Source: Octopus bimaculoides (taxonomy: Eukaryota). Taken from it: a stretch of 38,189 bases of DNA. Location: positions 44,236,671 to 44,274,859 of the forward strand of contig NC_068982.1 in NCBI RefSeq assembly GCF_001194135.2, written 5' to 3'. Below are positions 1 to 10,647 of the stretch, piece by piece. A program made the position numbers and the translations under genes. The notes under the pieces were generated by a model. It was not told the origin of the DNA and searched no databases. It was given only the letters and a program-made list of their open reading frames with translations. Every line of letters starts with the position of its first letter. The stretch's first letter is position 1.

Positions 1-53
<53 letters not shown>

Positions 54-66
54 TCATCATCATCAC
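1..66. repeat. (TA)n + (CAT)n microsatellite; many similar tracts occur, e.g. 10542-10665, 16022-16093, 26858-26927, 33325-33398, 35340-35445
   Basis: Directly visible simple repeats (TA, TG, TATG, GATA, GTT, AAT). Confidence 0.95.
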
Positions 67-427
67 ATATACACACAGAGATACAAACATACATATATAC
101 TCACATACAGACACATACACATCCATGTATAAATTCGTGTATATAGATGGTCTAGATGTACATTCTCTGGATTCTGAGTCAATTTCCATGACTAGTGTTA
201 CAATTGCTCAATCAATTAAACTACCCACTCAGTAAATTATAGATTATGTGGCCAAGCATTTTACAGACAAGTGTATGGACTTGTCCCAAAATGTACCTGT
301 CAGTCAGAATCACCATGACATTGTGTATGACAGGACTAAGTTCTTTCAATTGCAGGTTATGTTCATCTGATAGTCTTCCATGCACTTACTGTCTATCCAG
401 TTTCATCATCATCATCATCATTATCAT

Positions 428-592
428 CAGGAGTGGCTGTGTTGTAAGTAGCTTGCTTACCAACCACATGGTTCCGGGTTCGGTCCCACTTCGTGGCATC
501 TTGGGTAAGTATCTTCTATTATAGCTTCGGGCTGACCAAAGCCTTGTGAGTGGATTTGGTAGACGGAAACTGAAAGAAGCCCGTCATATATA

Positions 593-640
<48 letters not shown>

Positions 641-826
641 TCCCCCTAGCATTGCTTGACAACCGATGCTGATGTGTTTATGTCCCCCGTAATTTAGCGG
701 TTCGGCAAAAGAGACCGATAGAATAAGTCCTGGGCTTCTAAAAGAATAAGTCCTGGGGTCAATTTGCTCGACTAAAGGTGGTGCTCCAACATGGCCACAG
801 TCAAATGACTGAAACAAGTAAAAGAG
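428..826 (+). mobile_element. SINE-B (tRNA-like head, CORE-like box, internal TG/TA microsatellite)
   Basis: Head ggagtggctgtg..ggttcggtcccact; CORE-like ggcatcttgggtaagt; tail aaatgactgaaacaagtaaaagag. Confidence 0.8.
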
Positions 827-1075
827 ATGTGGTTGTGTGGATAAGAAGCTTGCTTCCTTACCATGTGATCTTCGGTTTGGTCTCACTTTGTGACACCTTG
901 GGCTCCTGTCTTCTACAATAGCTTCAATCACATCAAAGCCTTGTGAATGGATTTAGTAAATGGAAACTGAAAGAGGCTTACTACATGTGTGTGTGTGTGT
1001 GTGACAGCTGGTACTGGTTTGTTTACATCCCCATAACTTACTGATTCAGCAAAAGAGAGTGGTAGAAATACATTT
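826..1075 (+). mobile_element. SINE-B, diverged partial copy in tandem
   Basis: gtggttgtgtggataagaagcttgcttcc..aaagccttgtgaatggattt..gaaactgaaag. Confidence 0.65.
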
Positions 1076-1099
1076 CACACAATACTGGCATTAGTGAGG

Positions 1100-1340
1100 T
1101 CATCAAATAACTTGTAAGACAAGACTCCTCAAGTGAGTCAGAGAGCAATAGCGAGGAACTTGGCTTTATGCCAGATGATGAGAGATTAAAGTATGATAGA
1201 GGGTCAGGAACAGGTGTCTTGATGTAAAGGGAGATACATGGTTGCCCCCAGGTGGAAGAGAAACAGGATGGTGGCGAAGGTGTATCAGAGTATATCCTCA
1301 AGTTACAGGAAATTGAATAAGAGAAGTGGTTTGGTAGGTA
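1100..1340 (-). pseudogene. Possible degraded LINE endonuclease fragment (CR1/Jockey-like)
   Basis: The ORF segment PPSCFSSTWGQPCISLYIKTPVPDPLSY..SSSGIKPSSSLLL loosely resembles the PT..G.ILDL..T..P...SDH.L end of APE domains. Weak. Confidence 0.3.
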
Positions 1341-1669
1341 TTGGGCTGCAGGTGTGAGAAGGAAGAGATAAGCATAGTGCATGAAGATACAGAAATATAT
1401 ATATATATATATATTTGAGTTTTTACCTGTAAATTTGAATTTAATTGAGTTTTACCTGTAAATTTGGATTTTTATCCCTAACATATTTATAAATATAAAT
1501 ATATATATATATTTATATAAGAGGCATTACTATAGAATAATGCCCCTTATATAAATATAAACGAATAATTATATTCTTGGGAATAGAAATTTCCCTTATG
1601 AAATTTTTTACACACTGGCTTCTTGATAAAATTCTTGTAAAAGATTTTTATCCCTTTTTGAATTTTTTA

Positions 1670-1717
<48 letters not shown>

Positions 1718-1838
1718 GATCTCTCTCTCTCTCTCTCTCTCTCTGGCAGGGTGACCAAGTAACTAGCAAGACAAAGATCCTTTGAGAAGGAAGGGGGAAC
1801 TGGAGGAGGTGATCTTGTGTCCTTTAATCCAAGCCATG

Positions 1839-1905
1839 CCAGTATGGGAAAATAGGTCATAAGAACGATTTTCCCAGTATGGAAAAATAGGTCATAAGAA
1901 CAAAA
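1839..1905. repeat. Short direct duplication of ccagtatgg(g/a)aaaataggtcataagaac
   Basis: Two near-identical ~28-bp copies separated by a few bases. Confidence 0.8.
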
Positions 1906-1918
1906 GTATAGAAGCTTA

Positions 1919-2328
1919 TAGGTGCAGGCATGGTTGAGTGGTTAAGTGATTAAGAAGCCCACTTTGCAGCCAGGTGGTTTCAGTTTCAGTCCCATTGCAC
2001 AGCACTTTGGGCAAGTGTCTTCTACTACAGCCCCAGGCCAACTAATGCCTTATGAGTGAATTTCAAAGAGGGAAGCTGTGCAGAAGCCTGTCAGAGATTG
2101 TCTGTGTGTGTGTTTGTTTGTTTGTCACCCACCATCACTTAACAACCAGTGTTGGTTGTTTACATCCTCCATAACTTAGTAGTTCAGCAAAAGAGACCCA
2201 CAGAATAAGTACCAGACTTAAAAAGTAATTACTGATACCAATTTGTTTGACTAAACCTTTCAAGGCAGTGCCCCAGCATGGCAGCAGACCAATGACAGAA
2301 ACAAGTAAAAAGCAAAAGATTAAAAGAT
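1919..2328 (+). mobile_element. SINE-B, full length, diverged
   Basis: Same head, CORE-like box (gcactttgggcaagtgtcttctac) and tail. Confidence 0.75.
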
Positions 2329-2545
2329 AGAAGCATGACTATAAAAATACAAATATATTGCTGCTATTATGCAAAAGTGTCGTAAGTCCAAAACGTTGCT
2401 TTTTTCAGAAAACAAAAAACATAGTTTCACCATTCCATTTCTTTTTACATTAGTAACAGACAATAATAGTTTGTTGGGTGCATAAAATCGTAACTACATG
2501 CATGCATGATATTTTCAGAATGAATATGTTTTTTGCAAAACTAGG

Positions 2546-2760
2546 GCAGCAAGCTGGCAGAAACGTTAGCACGCTGGGCAAAATGCTTAGCAGTATTTCA
2601 TCCGTCTTTACGTTCTGAGTTCAAATTCCGCCGAGGTTGACTTTGCTTTTCATCCTTTCGGAGTTAATAAATTAAGTACCAGTTGCAAACTGGAATCGCT
2701 CTAATCAAGTGGCCCCCTCCCCCAAAATTTCTGGCTTTGTGCTAAGAGTAGAATAGAATA
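2546..2760 (+). mobile_element. SINE-A (tRNA-like head; short tail)
   Basis: ggcagcaagctggcagaaacgttagc..gttctgagttcaaattccgccgagg..tttcatcctttc..aagtaccag; B-box-like gagttcaaatt. Confidence 0.8.
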
Positions 2761-2984
2761 GTTTTGCAAAACTGTCATACATGGGACTTACTACACATTT
2801 GAAAAATGCTAAACCATTGTACTACACTTTGACAATATTTCATATCTTGGCATCTGAAGAAGCTGAAGATAGGATAGTTTGACCAAAAGAACTGGCTATT
2901 GCAAGCAAAATTAAATATTGAAAAAAAACGCATCTGGCCAAATTTGGACATACAGCAGTTTAACATAGTAGCAACAATATATTC

Positions 2985-3200
2985 TTTTATTCTTTTAATT
3001 ATTCCAGTCATTTGACTGTGACCATGCTGGAGCACTGCCATTTTAGTTGAAGAAATCGACCCCTGGACTTATACTTTGTAAGCCTGGTCTCTTCTGCTGA
3101 ACCACTAAGCTACGAGGATGTAAACACACCAACATCGGTTGTCAAGTGATGGTTGGGGGGGGGGACACACACACACAAATACAGACAAAAATATACACAC
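2985..3200 (-). mobile_element. SINE-B 3' half
   Basis: Reverse complement of the tail: cagtcatttgactgtgaccatgctggagcactgcc. Confidence 0.75.
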
Positions 3201-3214
3201 ATAAATGTATGCAC

Positions 3215-4400
3215 GTATTTTATAAGAGAAAAACATGTAATAATTGAAGTATAAAAAAGATGGATTTCATACATGAACTTCTGTTTGTTTATTATATGAC
3301 AATAATAAATGAGTTGTATGTGTTATTTCATTTATCAATACAGTAATGGCAATTATATAATACAGTTCATTTAAATAGGTAATTTAGTCATTCATGAATG
3401 TAATGATAGTAATGGCAAATTAAGTTGTTGAATTATTCATATTGCATTAAGAGTGAATATTTCGTTATAAATAATGTTTTTTGTTTTATTTCAGGGTGCA
3501 AAAGCAAAAAAATTGCTTTTGGTCCCACATGTGATGCTCCTACATAAAGTTGGCCATGTGAAAAACATGGTACTTAAAAACATGTAATAATTGAAGGAGA
3601 ATTGAAAGATTCAGCTTCAATGTGAATGAAGGTAGAAAAATGGCTTTACAGAATGCAGGTGACTGTGCGATGGCACTGAAATGGCCACAGGTCAAGTAGG
3701 ACACTCATTTGTCATGGTTTCTACCGACATTTGAATAGGCTGTTTGGCCAAGGAGAACTGAAAGATTCTGTTTCGAATCTGAACCAGGGTGAGACTACCC
3801 CTACAGATTTAGGTTTATTCCTCCTGTATGTGTGTATTTTATAAGAGAAAACGTAATAATTGAAGTAGAAAAAAGATCGATGTCATATATGTTAAGTTAT
3901 TGAAGTGTTCATGTTGCATTAAGAGTGACTATTTCTTTATAAACAATGTTTTTTTGTCTTATTTCAGGGTGCATAAGCTAAAATATTTGCTTTTGCATCC
4001 ACACGTGATGCTCCTACATAAAGTTCACCATGTGAAGAGCATGGTTCTTCAAGTTACAACCCAGCAACTTTTAGTATTTGGCCCTGAGTTTTATTAATGC
4101 TCATGGCAAAAAGAAAGTAAGCTGGGAAACTTTAACAGCTAAAATTGGAATGGGACATTAGATAGTATAACTGGTATGTAAGGAAAGAAGATGGTGTCAC
4201 TTTTACCACAACCAGTGAAAATATTTGCCTCAATGCAGTTCTTCATAAGTTTGTGCACAATTAATGTTGTATCACTGCATGATTTTTGTTGAGACAAATT
4301 AGGCTATAGCATAATAGCTTCCCCTGAACCATTTACTTGTATTTTGCTGGACAAACAAACAAACAGACAATCTCTCTTTTATATATATATAGATAGAAGA
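3215..4400 (-). mobile_element. Deleted Helitron: 5' terminus fused to PIF1-like helicase C-terminus, with the 3' part tandemly duplicated
   Basis: The minus strand of ~4345-3909 reads GEAIML*PNL..LIVHKLMKNCIEANIFTGCG..FFPYIPVI..NVPFQF..FAMSINKTQGQILKVAGL*LEEPCSSHGELYVGASRV..KNIVYKEI. A second copy at 3572-3437 reads PCFSHGQLYVGASHVG..KNIIYNEI. The start tctatctatatatatataaaagagagattgtctgtttgtttgtttg resembles Helitron 5' ends. Confidence 0.88.
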
Positions 4401-4486
4401 TAGATATTCCCCAGGTGAGGAATCTATACACCATGAAAACTGGTCCTTTGAGTCTATATAATTTGGGAAGGATTTCTATCTTTATC

Positions 4487-4875
4487 CCTTTACTCTTTTA
4501 CTTGTTTCAGTCATTTGACTGCGGCCATGCTGGAGCACCGCCTTTAGTCGAGCATATCGACCCCAGGACTTATTCTTTGTAAGCCTAGTACTTATTCTAT
4601 CGTTCTCTTTTGCTGAACCGCTTAGTGACGGGGACATAAACACACCAGCATCGGTTGTCAAGCAATGCTAGGGGGACAAACACAGACACACAAACACATA
4701 TATATATATATACATATATATGACGGGCTTCTTTCAGTTTCCGTCTACCAAATCCACTCACAAGGCTTTCGTCGGCCTGAGACTATAGTAGAAGACACTT
4801 GCCCAAGATGCCATGCAGTGGGACTGAACTCGGAACCATGTGGTTGGTAAGCAAGCTACTTACCACACAGCCACT
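4487..4875 (-). mobile_element. SINE-B, full length, close to consensus
   Basis: ctttta cttgtttcagtcatttgactgcggccatgctggagcaccgcc through accacacagccactcc. Confidence 0.85.
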
Positions 4876-5094
4876 CCTTTTAATTTTTAAAAATCGCTTT
4901 TGGGGAAAACATATTTCAAAGTTTTGCATGGAATTTTTTTTTAACCTTTGTCATAGAAAACTAACTGAATTTAACTTTAGCTCACTTTGAGGTGTAACAT
5001 AATTTTAACAAGCTACAAGTGAGGAGTATCAAAATGTGAGTATGTGTGAATAGGTTTACTCAGATAAAAATATGGTCATACACAACTATTTCAA

Positions 5095-5570
5095 CATTAT
5101 CATCATCATCATTTAACATCTGTTGTCCACGCTGGCATGGGTTGGACAGTTTGACTGGGCTGGCATGCTGGAAGGCTGCACCAGGATCCAGTCTGATTTG
5201 GCATGGTTTTCTATGGCTGGATGCCCTTCCTAACACCAACCATTCCAGGAATGTAATGGATGCTTTTACATCTGCTTTCCATGAGTCGGTTGGTCTGACA
5301 TGGAGCTGACTAGCAGGGAGCCGTCCAGACTCCAGCTGTCTGTTGAGGCATGGTTTCTATGACTGGATGCCCTTTCTAGCACCAACCACTTAACAGAATG
5401 TGCTAGGTGCTTTTTACATGCCATTGGCATGGTTGCATTAACACAGCACCAGCACCTGAAAGGACAAGCCTGAATGTGTTGAAGACAGCGGTTTTACTTA
5501 GCTTGATGTACAGCAGATTGCCACATCTCCTGGTCCCTTGTCATTTCCTCAGTGAGGCCCAGTGTCTGAA
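5095..5570 (-). mobile_element. SINE-like repeat with duplicated ggttggtgttaggaagggcatccagccatag module and (GAT)n tail
   Basis: The motif ctatg(g/a)ctggatgcc..accaacca occurs twice (~5211 and ~5356), after (CAT)n. Related pieces at ~7655-7760 (+) and ~8445-8520 (-). Confidence 0.6.
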
Positions 5571-5680
5571 TATATAAAAAAATATGTCAAGATAATTCAT
5601 TTGATATAGTTATGTATCTGTTTCGCAAGATTCTTGATGTGAAATCATGTGTTGAAACAGATGTTATATTTAGGGATAGT

Positions 5681-6120
5681 AATCAGCAAGATGGCAGAAC
5701 CGTTAGCAGACCAGGTTAAATGCTTAGTGGTATTTCGTCAGCAGCTACTTTCTGAGTTCAAATTCTGCCGAGGTCAACTTTGCCATTCGTCTTTTCAGAG
5801 TTGATAAGTTAACCCTTTCAGTACTGTATTTATTTTGAGATGCTCTGTGTTTCTTTCAATTACTTGAAATATAACAAATAATTTAGTAAAATATCTTAGT
5901 TATTATTCAGCTAGTGTTAGGAACATAAATTGTGACTAAGGTTTGGTGGAAGATCTTAATTCGAAACTTATGAAAACAAGACATTTGTACTCAGAGCCAG
6001 AGCCGGTTTCAGTCAGGTTGGTAACAAAAGGGTTAAATACCAATTGATCACTGGGGTTGATGTAATCCACACATCCCTTCTCCCCAAATGGCTGCCCTTG
6101 TGGAAAAATTTGAAACCATT
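5681..6120 (+). mobile_element. SINE-A split by MITE2
   Basis: Head at 5681-5808 and remainder at 6037-6120 rejoin across TTAA. Confidence 0.75.
5813..6032 (+). mobile_element. piggyBac-type MITE, family MITE2, inserted in a SINE-A
   Basis: TTAA-ccctttc...aaaaggg-TTAA. The TTAA duplication (5809-5812, 6033-6036) splits the SINE-A motif gataa(a)TTAA(g)tacca. Confidence 0.85.
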
Positions 6121-6495
6121 ATATTTAGGGATGGTCATTTTTTTCATTGAGGAGACATTTGGTACAGAGAGTCACTGAAGAAGTCACAGAATGTGTGATG
6201 AGAAAACTCTAATAATGATAATAACAAAGCTAAAGTGGAGATCAAATAAACAGTGCATGTTTTTAATTGGCCAAAGATGACCATCCCCAAATATAACAAT
6301 TTATTTGACTTTTATCATTACATAAAAAATGTTAAATCATTTGACTTTTAGACTGTAATTTCTAAGGCTTGTGTATCTATCATTAATCATTCATAGAAAT
6401 TAGAGTAGCTTCACACTACTGCAAGCTTTTGGTAAAGTGTCATAGAATCTCTTTTTTCTTCTTCTACCAATCTAACTAAAGTACAGTCGCTTTAA

Positions 6496-6720
6496 CCTTT
6501 TTTTTTTACCATATTTTTGTTGAAGCATACTGGCTTTGTTTTAATTAATTTTTAAAATAATGAAGAATTTAGTAAAATAAGTTTGTCATTATTAATTTGG
6601 TGTTTGGAAAACATAAACTAGCATGAAATTTTGCAGGAAGGTTTAAATTCCAATCACTTTGAAACAAGAAGTTTGTACCATAGAACCAGGATGATTTCAG
6701 ACAGGTTTGTATCAAAAGGG
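6496..6720 (+). mobile_element. piggyBac-type MITE2 copy
   Basis: TTAA at 6492-6495 and 6721-6724. Interior (gaatttagtaaaata, aaacaagaagtttgta, gtatcaaaaggg) is shared with 5813-6032. Confidence 0.8.
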
Positions 6721-7096
6721 TTAAAACTATTTTCTTTATTCTCCTCATTATTTTACTGACTTGTTCTCTTGGTTATATAAAAATAGATTCAATCTCTGAA
6801 GTACAATCTCTTATGAATTTTACAACTTGTGTCTGAGAATGTGACCTGTCCATTATTGTTTGTTACACCATAGGAAAGGTTTGCAATATCCTAATTCACA
6901 GCTGGGTCCTAACAATTAGCTAGTGTGTCTTCTTTTGTGAATCACTATGAAAGACAGCTGGAGTGAAAATCTCAGCATTTTTATGTGTTCTCAAACAAAA
7001 CATGTATATTGCCATTCTTATTCTAACTGTGATTTGTTTAAAATAGTCAAATCTCACCCGCACTCTTAAACAAAGGGAATGAGCTATCTTGTTTAA

Positions 7097-7547
7097 GTCT
7101 TTTGTTATCATATTTCTGTTGAAATATGTCACTTTTATTTCAATTACTTTAGAAAATAATACAGAATTTAGTAAAATAACTCAGTCATTATTAACTCTTT
7201 AGCATTCAGATTACTCTGTCAGATAGATAATGCTTATTTGTTCATATTACTTTGAATCAATCATGCATTATCTCATAGCTTTGAGATTTTGATGATGTGA
7301 TTGCTTGTTTTTAAAATAACATTATAGAGTAGATGTAAGAGGCCAGATCTGACCAGTGTGAACATAAAAGAGGTAGATATATTTAGATTGAGTTTAACCT
7401 TTTTAAATGCCAGAGGGTTAAGCTGGTTATTTTGGAACAAAAATTAACATGTTATTTTGGTGGAAGGTTTTAATTTAGATCACATTAAAACAAGAAGTTT
7501 GTAACATAGAACTAGGAGCAGTAATAAGTGGGTTGGTATCAAAAGGG
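7097..7547 (+). mobile_element. MITE2 copy carrying a nested MITE1
   Basis: MITE2 halves at 7097-7190 and 7422-7547 rejoin across a TTAA duplication. Ends aaaaggg-TTAA. Confidence 0.8.
7195..7417 (+). mobile_element. piggyBac-type MITE, family MITE1 (nested)
   Basis: TTAA-ctctttagcattc...aaatgccagaggg-TTAA; TSD at 7191-7194 and 7418-7421. Confidence 0.85.
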
Positions 7548-8239
7548 TTAAAATGAGATGATTATTGATCTTGTTCATGCTCTTGGTTTCAGTATTCAAT
7601 AGCTATGAGAACAAGCTTGCAATATTCCACTTGTGAACTGGAACGAAACAGGGGAGGGCTGGCATCAAGAAACACATCCTGCCATAGAAAATCTGCCACA
7701 GTGAACTCCCAATTCATGCATGCATGGAAAAGTGGACATTAAAACTATGAAGGTGATAATGACAATACACATACATACAAACATACACACATATGATTAA
7801 TTGATTGATTGATTGATTGACGGACAAACAGAGAAATATAGATTTATGCACAAAAACATATATCATACACATATATACAAGCAAACACATATGAAGTAAA
7901 AGTAAAGGAATCGCTTGCAGTTTCAAGGATGAGGTTCCAGTTTTGTGATCAACTCAACTTCATGCACATTAAATTGGCTTGTCAGTGGCTGAATATTCCA
8001 CAGACATTTGTACCCTTAATTAATCAAGGCATACATATATATGTATGTATGTATGTATATGTGCATGTGTGTGTGTGTGTGTGTGTGTATGTGATTATTC
8101 AGTTTTATTTCAAGATTTCTAGCCAATAGAGAAAGAGCTGGTTTCTAATCTTGATTCAAGTCTCCTTCATTGGGATTTCAACATCAACAACAAGGTATTT
8201 TTGTTTGTATGTATGTATATGCATGCTTGCTTGCTTGTA

Positions 8240-8440
8240 TTTTTACCTTTTATTCCTCACTTGTTTCAGTCATTGTACTGCAGCCATGCTAGGGTGCCAC
8301 CTTGAGGGGTTTAGTCATACAAGCAACCCCAGTACTTATTTTTAAGTCTGGTATGAGCTCTACTGGGCTGATCTGCTGAACCATTAAGTTACAAGGATGT
8401 CAACAAACCAACAAACACAAAGACACACACACACACATGG
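8240..8440 (-). mobile_element. SINE-B 3' half, diverged
   Basis: cttgtttcagtcattgtactgcagccatgcta..aaccattaagttac. Confidence 0.6.
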
Positions 8441-8744
8441 GTGAGATGAAATTTGTTGAGGCAGATTTTCCACAACAGATGCCTTTCCTGTCACCAATCC
8501 TCACCTGTTTCTAAGCACTGTAATATTTCCCCATGACTAGACATGTTTTTGCAGAAGATTGGAAATGGAAGGACATTGCTTATATGATAGTGACACTCAT
8601 CTACAGTGTGATGTCAAGACAAGAACAAACACGCACACACATACATGATTGGCTTCTATCAGTTTGTCAACCAAATCTACTGACAAGGATTTGAATGGCC
8701 CAGAAGACACTTGCCCAAGATGCCATGCAGTGGAACTTAACTTG

Positions 8745-8822
8745 AACCCATGTGGTGTGGATGCAAGCTTAACCATGTGGTGTGGGTGCAAACTTAACCA
8801 TGTGGTGTGGAGGCAAACTTAA
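8745..8822. repeat. 25-26 bp minisatellite x3 derived from a SINE-B head
   Basis: aac(c)catgtggtgtggatgcaagctt / aaccatgtggtgtgggtgcaaactt / aaccatgtggtgtggaggcaaactt; one more related unit follows the MITE at ~9048. Confidence 0.75.
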
Positions 8823-9040
8823 ACCTCTACCATTCAAATTATTCTGTCAAATGTAATACTTTTCATTCAAATTGTTTTTAATTAATCATGCATTATTTTG
8901 TAGCTTTGAAATTTTGATGATGTGATTGTATATTTTATAATGACATCAAAGGGTAGGGGTGACAGGCTGGATCTGGCAGGTTAGAACATAAAGCAGATAG
9001 AATATTTTAGCCAGATATAACCAGTTTAAATGCTACAGGG
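8823..9040 (+). mobile_element. MITE1 copy
   Basis: Same interior as 7195-7417 (ttaatcatgcatt..tagcttt..ttttgatgatgtgattg). Ends aaatgctacaggg-TTAA. Confidence 0.8.
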
Positions 9041-9454
9041 TTAACCTGAATCCATGTGATGTGGATGCAAACTTCTTAACCATGTGATGGTGATGGTGGT
9101 GATAGTGTTGGAAGCAGCAGTAGTAAAGATAAAACTGAATATATTCATTCCAAAGATTAGCAAAGATTACTTCATAGAAACATATCAGCATTAGGAATAT
9201 AATGTTACAGTTAGGATATTCTAAATGAAATGCTCCACTTAAATTACATTATAGAAACGAATTTGAATTTTTATTTAATTTCTATTTTTAGATGCAGGTG
9301 TGGCTGTGTGGCTAAAAAGCTTGCTTTGCAATCATGAGGTTTTGGGTTCAGTCACATCACCTTGAGCAAATGTCTACTAATATAGCCTTGGGCCAACCAA
9401 TGCTTTATGAGCGAATTTGGTAGGCAGAAACTATGTGGAGGCCTGTTGTATATA

Positions 9455-10541
9455 CAGTACCATGCAAAAGCCTTCAGCCACTTTAAACTATTGTAAATTT
9501 TTATTAATTGCCAACTTATAAGTGAATGTTTCACATTGTATTTTTTACAGATGAAATATTGACCCTGTTGGAGTTATTTCCATACCTAATCATTATATTT
9601 TGTAATAGGGGTTCTGAATGAGAGGGGAAGATGTGAAACGACCACCAAAAATGGCCGTGCAAAAGTTTTCAGCTACCTCACATAAACCAATCAAGATACA
9701 TTGTTTTAAAACAGAAAAATGTCTATAATAAAAATTTATAACATAATGTTCCTTTCAAGAAGTTATTGTATATTGCTAATATTTCGTGTGGCTTCCCTTA
9801 GCTTGAATAACTGCTTCAATGCACCTGGGAAGAGATGTGTACAAATCCTTCACCATCTTCACAGGTATGAGATGCCATTCTCTGTGGCTGAGCTCCCATA
9901 ACTCTTTAAGATTGCATGGATTCTTCTGACGAACTCTTCTTTTTAGTTCTGTCCACATTTACTCCATGATATTTAAGTAAGGGTTCTGAGCTGGCCAATC
10001 TTTCAATATGGTAACACCTTCATTAGTCAGACTCTGTTGTGTTGCATGTGATCTGTAGCACAGAGCTCTGCCATGCTGAAAAATTTCACCTACATCCAAG
10101 TCTGGTATCAAATTGTCCTTCAGCAACTGGATGCATTTGGCACGATTCAAGTTACTGTCAATTTTAACCAACTTTCTTGAACCATCACTTTTTATGTATC
10201 TGCAAAGCATCAGACCCTTAACCCCAGAATTCACTGTTTTCATTATGTAACATGGATCAGTTCGCTTTCCTGGAGGACTTCTGACAAATTCTCACTGTAT
10301 CTCGATCGGTTTATGTGAGGTGGCCGAAAACTTTTGCACAATCATTTTTAGTGGTCATGTTGCATCTTCCCCTCTCATTCAGAATCCCTACTACAAAATA
10401 TAATGATTAGGTATGGAAATGACTCCAACAAGGCTAATGTTTCATCTGTAAGAAATACAGTACGAAACATCGACTTATAAGTTGGCAATTAGTAGAAATT
10501 TACAATAGTTTAAAGTAGCCGAAAACTTTTGCACAGTATTG
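9455..10541 (-). mobile_element. Internally deleted Tc1-family transposon with ~246-bp IR/DR inverted repeats
   Basis: Inverted repeats at 9455-9700 and 10296-10541, TA on both sides. A ~20-bp gtgcaaaagttttcagctac-type repeat sits at the outer and inner end of each IR. The interior encodes only the C-terminal transposase. Confidence 0.92.
9776..10280 (-). pseudogene. Tc1 transposase C-terminal fragment
   Basis: ORFs 10243-9959 and 9958-9776 carry ..IFQHGRALCYRS.., DWPAQNPYLNIME, MWTELKRRV and LPRCIEAVIQAKGSHTKY. These are degenerate forms of the Tc1 motifs FQQDNAPCH, WPAQSPDLNPIENLW and GGxTKY. Confidence 0.9.
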
Positions 10542-10554
10542 TATATATATATAC

Positions 10555-10647
<93 letters not shown>

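Noticed and set aside
2546-2640. tRNA-like A/B-box sequences at SINE heads
   Set aside because: They continue into SINE bodies and tails and lack a complete cloverleaf; not tRNA genes.
3480-4080. Duplicated plus-strand acceptor-like tttcag followed by ~90 conserved nt with small hairpins and an ANANNA motif (looked like a duplicated exon or H/ACA snoRNA)
   Set aside because: The minus strand translates to Helitron helicase motifs in both copies, which explains the conservation. It is too short for H/ACA and the copies share no plus-strand frame.
7050-7100. Inverted repeat cttaaacaa..ttgtttaag, and a nearby minus-strand donor-like GCGG|GTGAGA, as a ZIP11 micro-exon or structured RNA
   Set aside because: The translation does not resemble the expected RxILDGSLGFAAG, and a 9-bp AT-rich stem is expected by chance next to a MITE end.
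8745-8822. Regularly spaced repeats as a CRISPR-like array
   Set aside because: Contiguous tandem units with no unique spacers, derived from a SINE, in a eukaryotic context.
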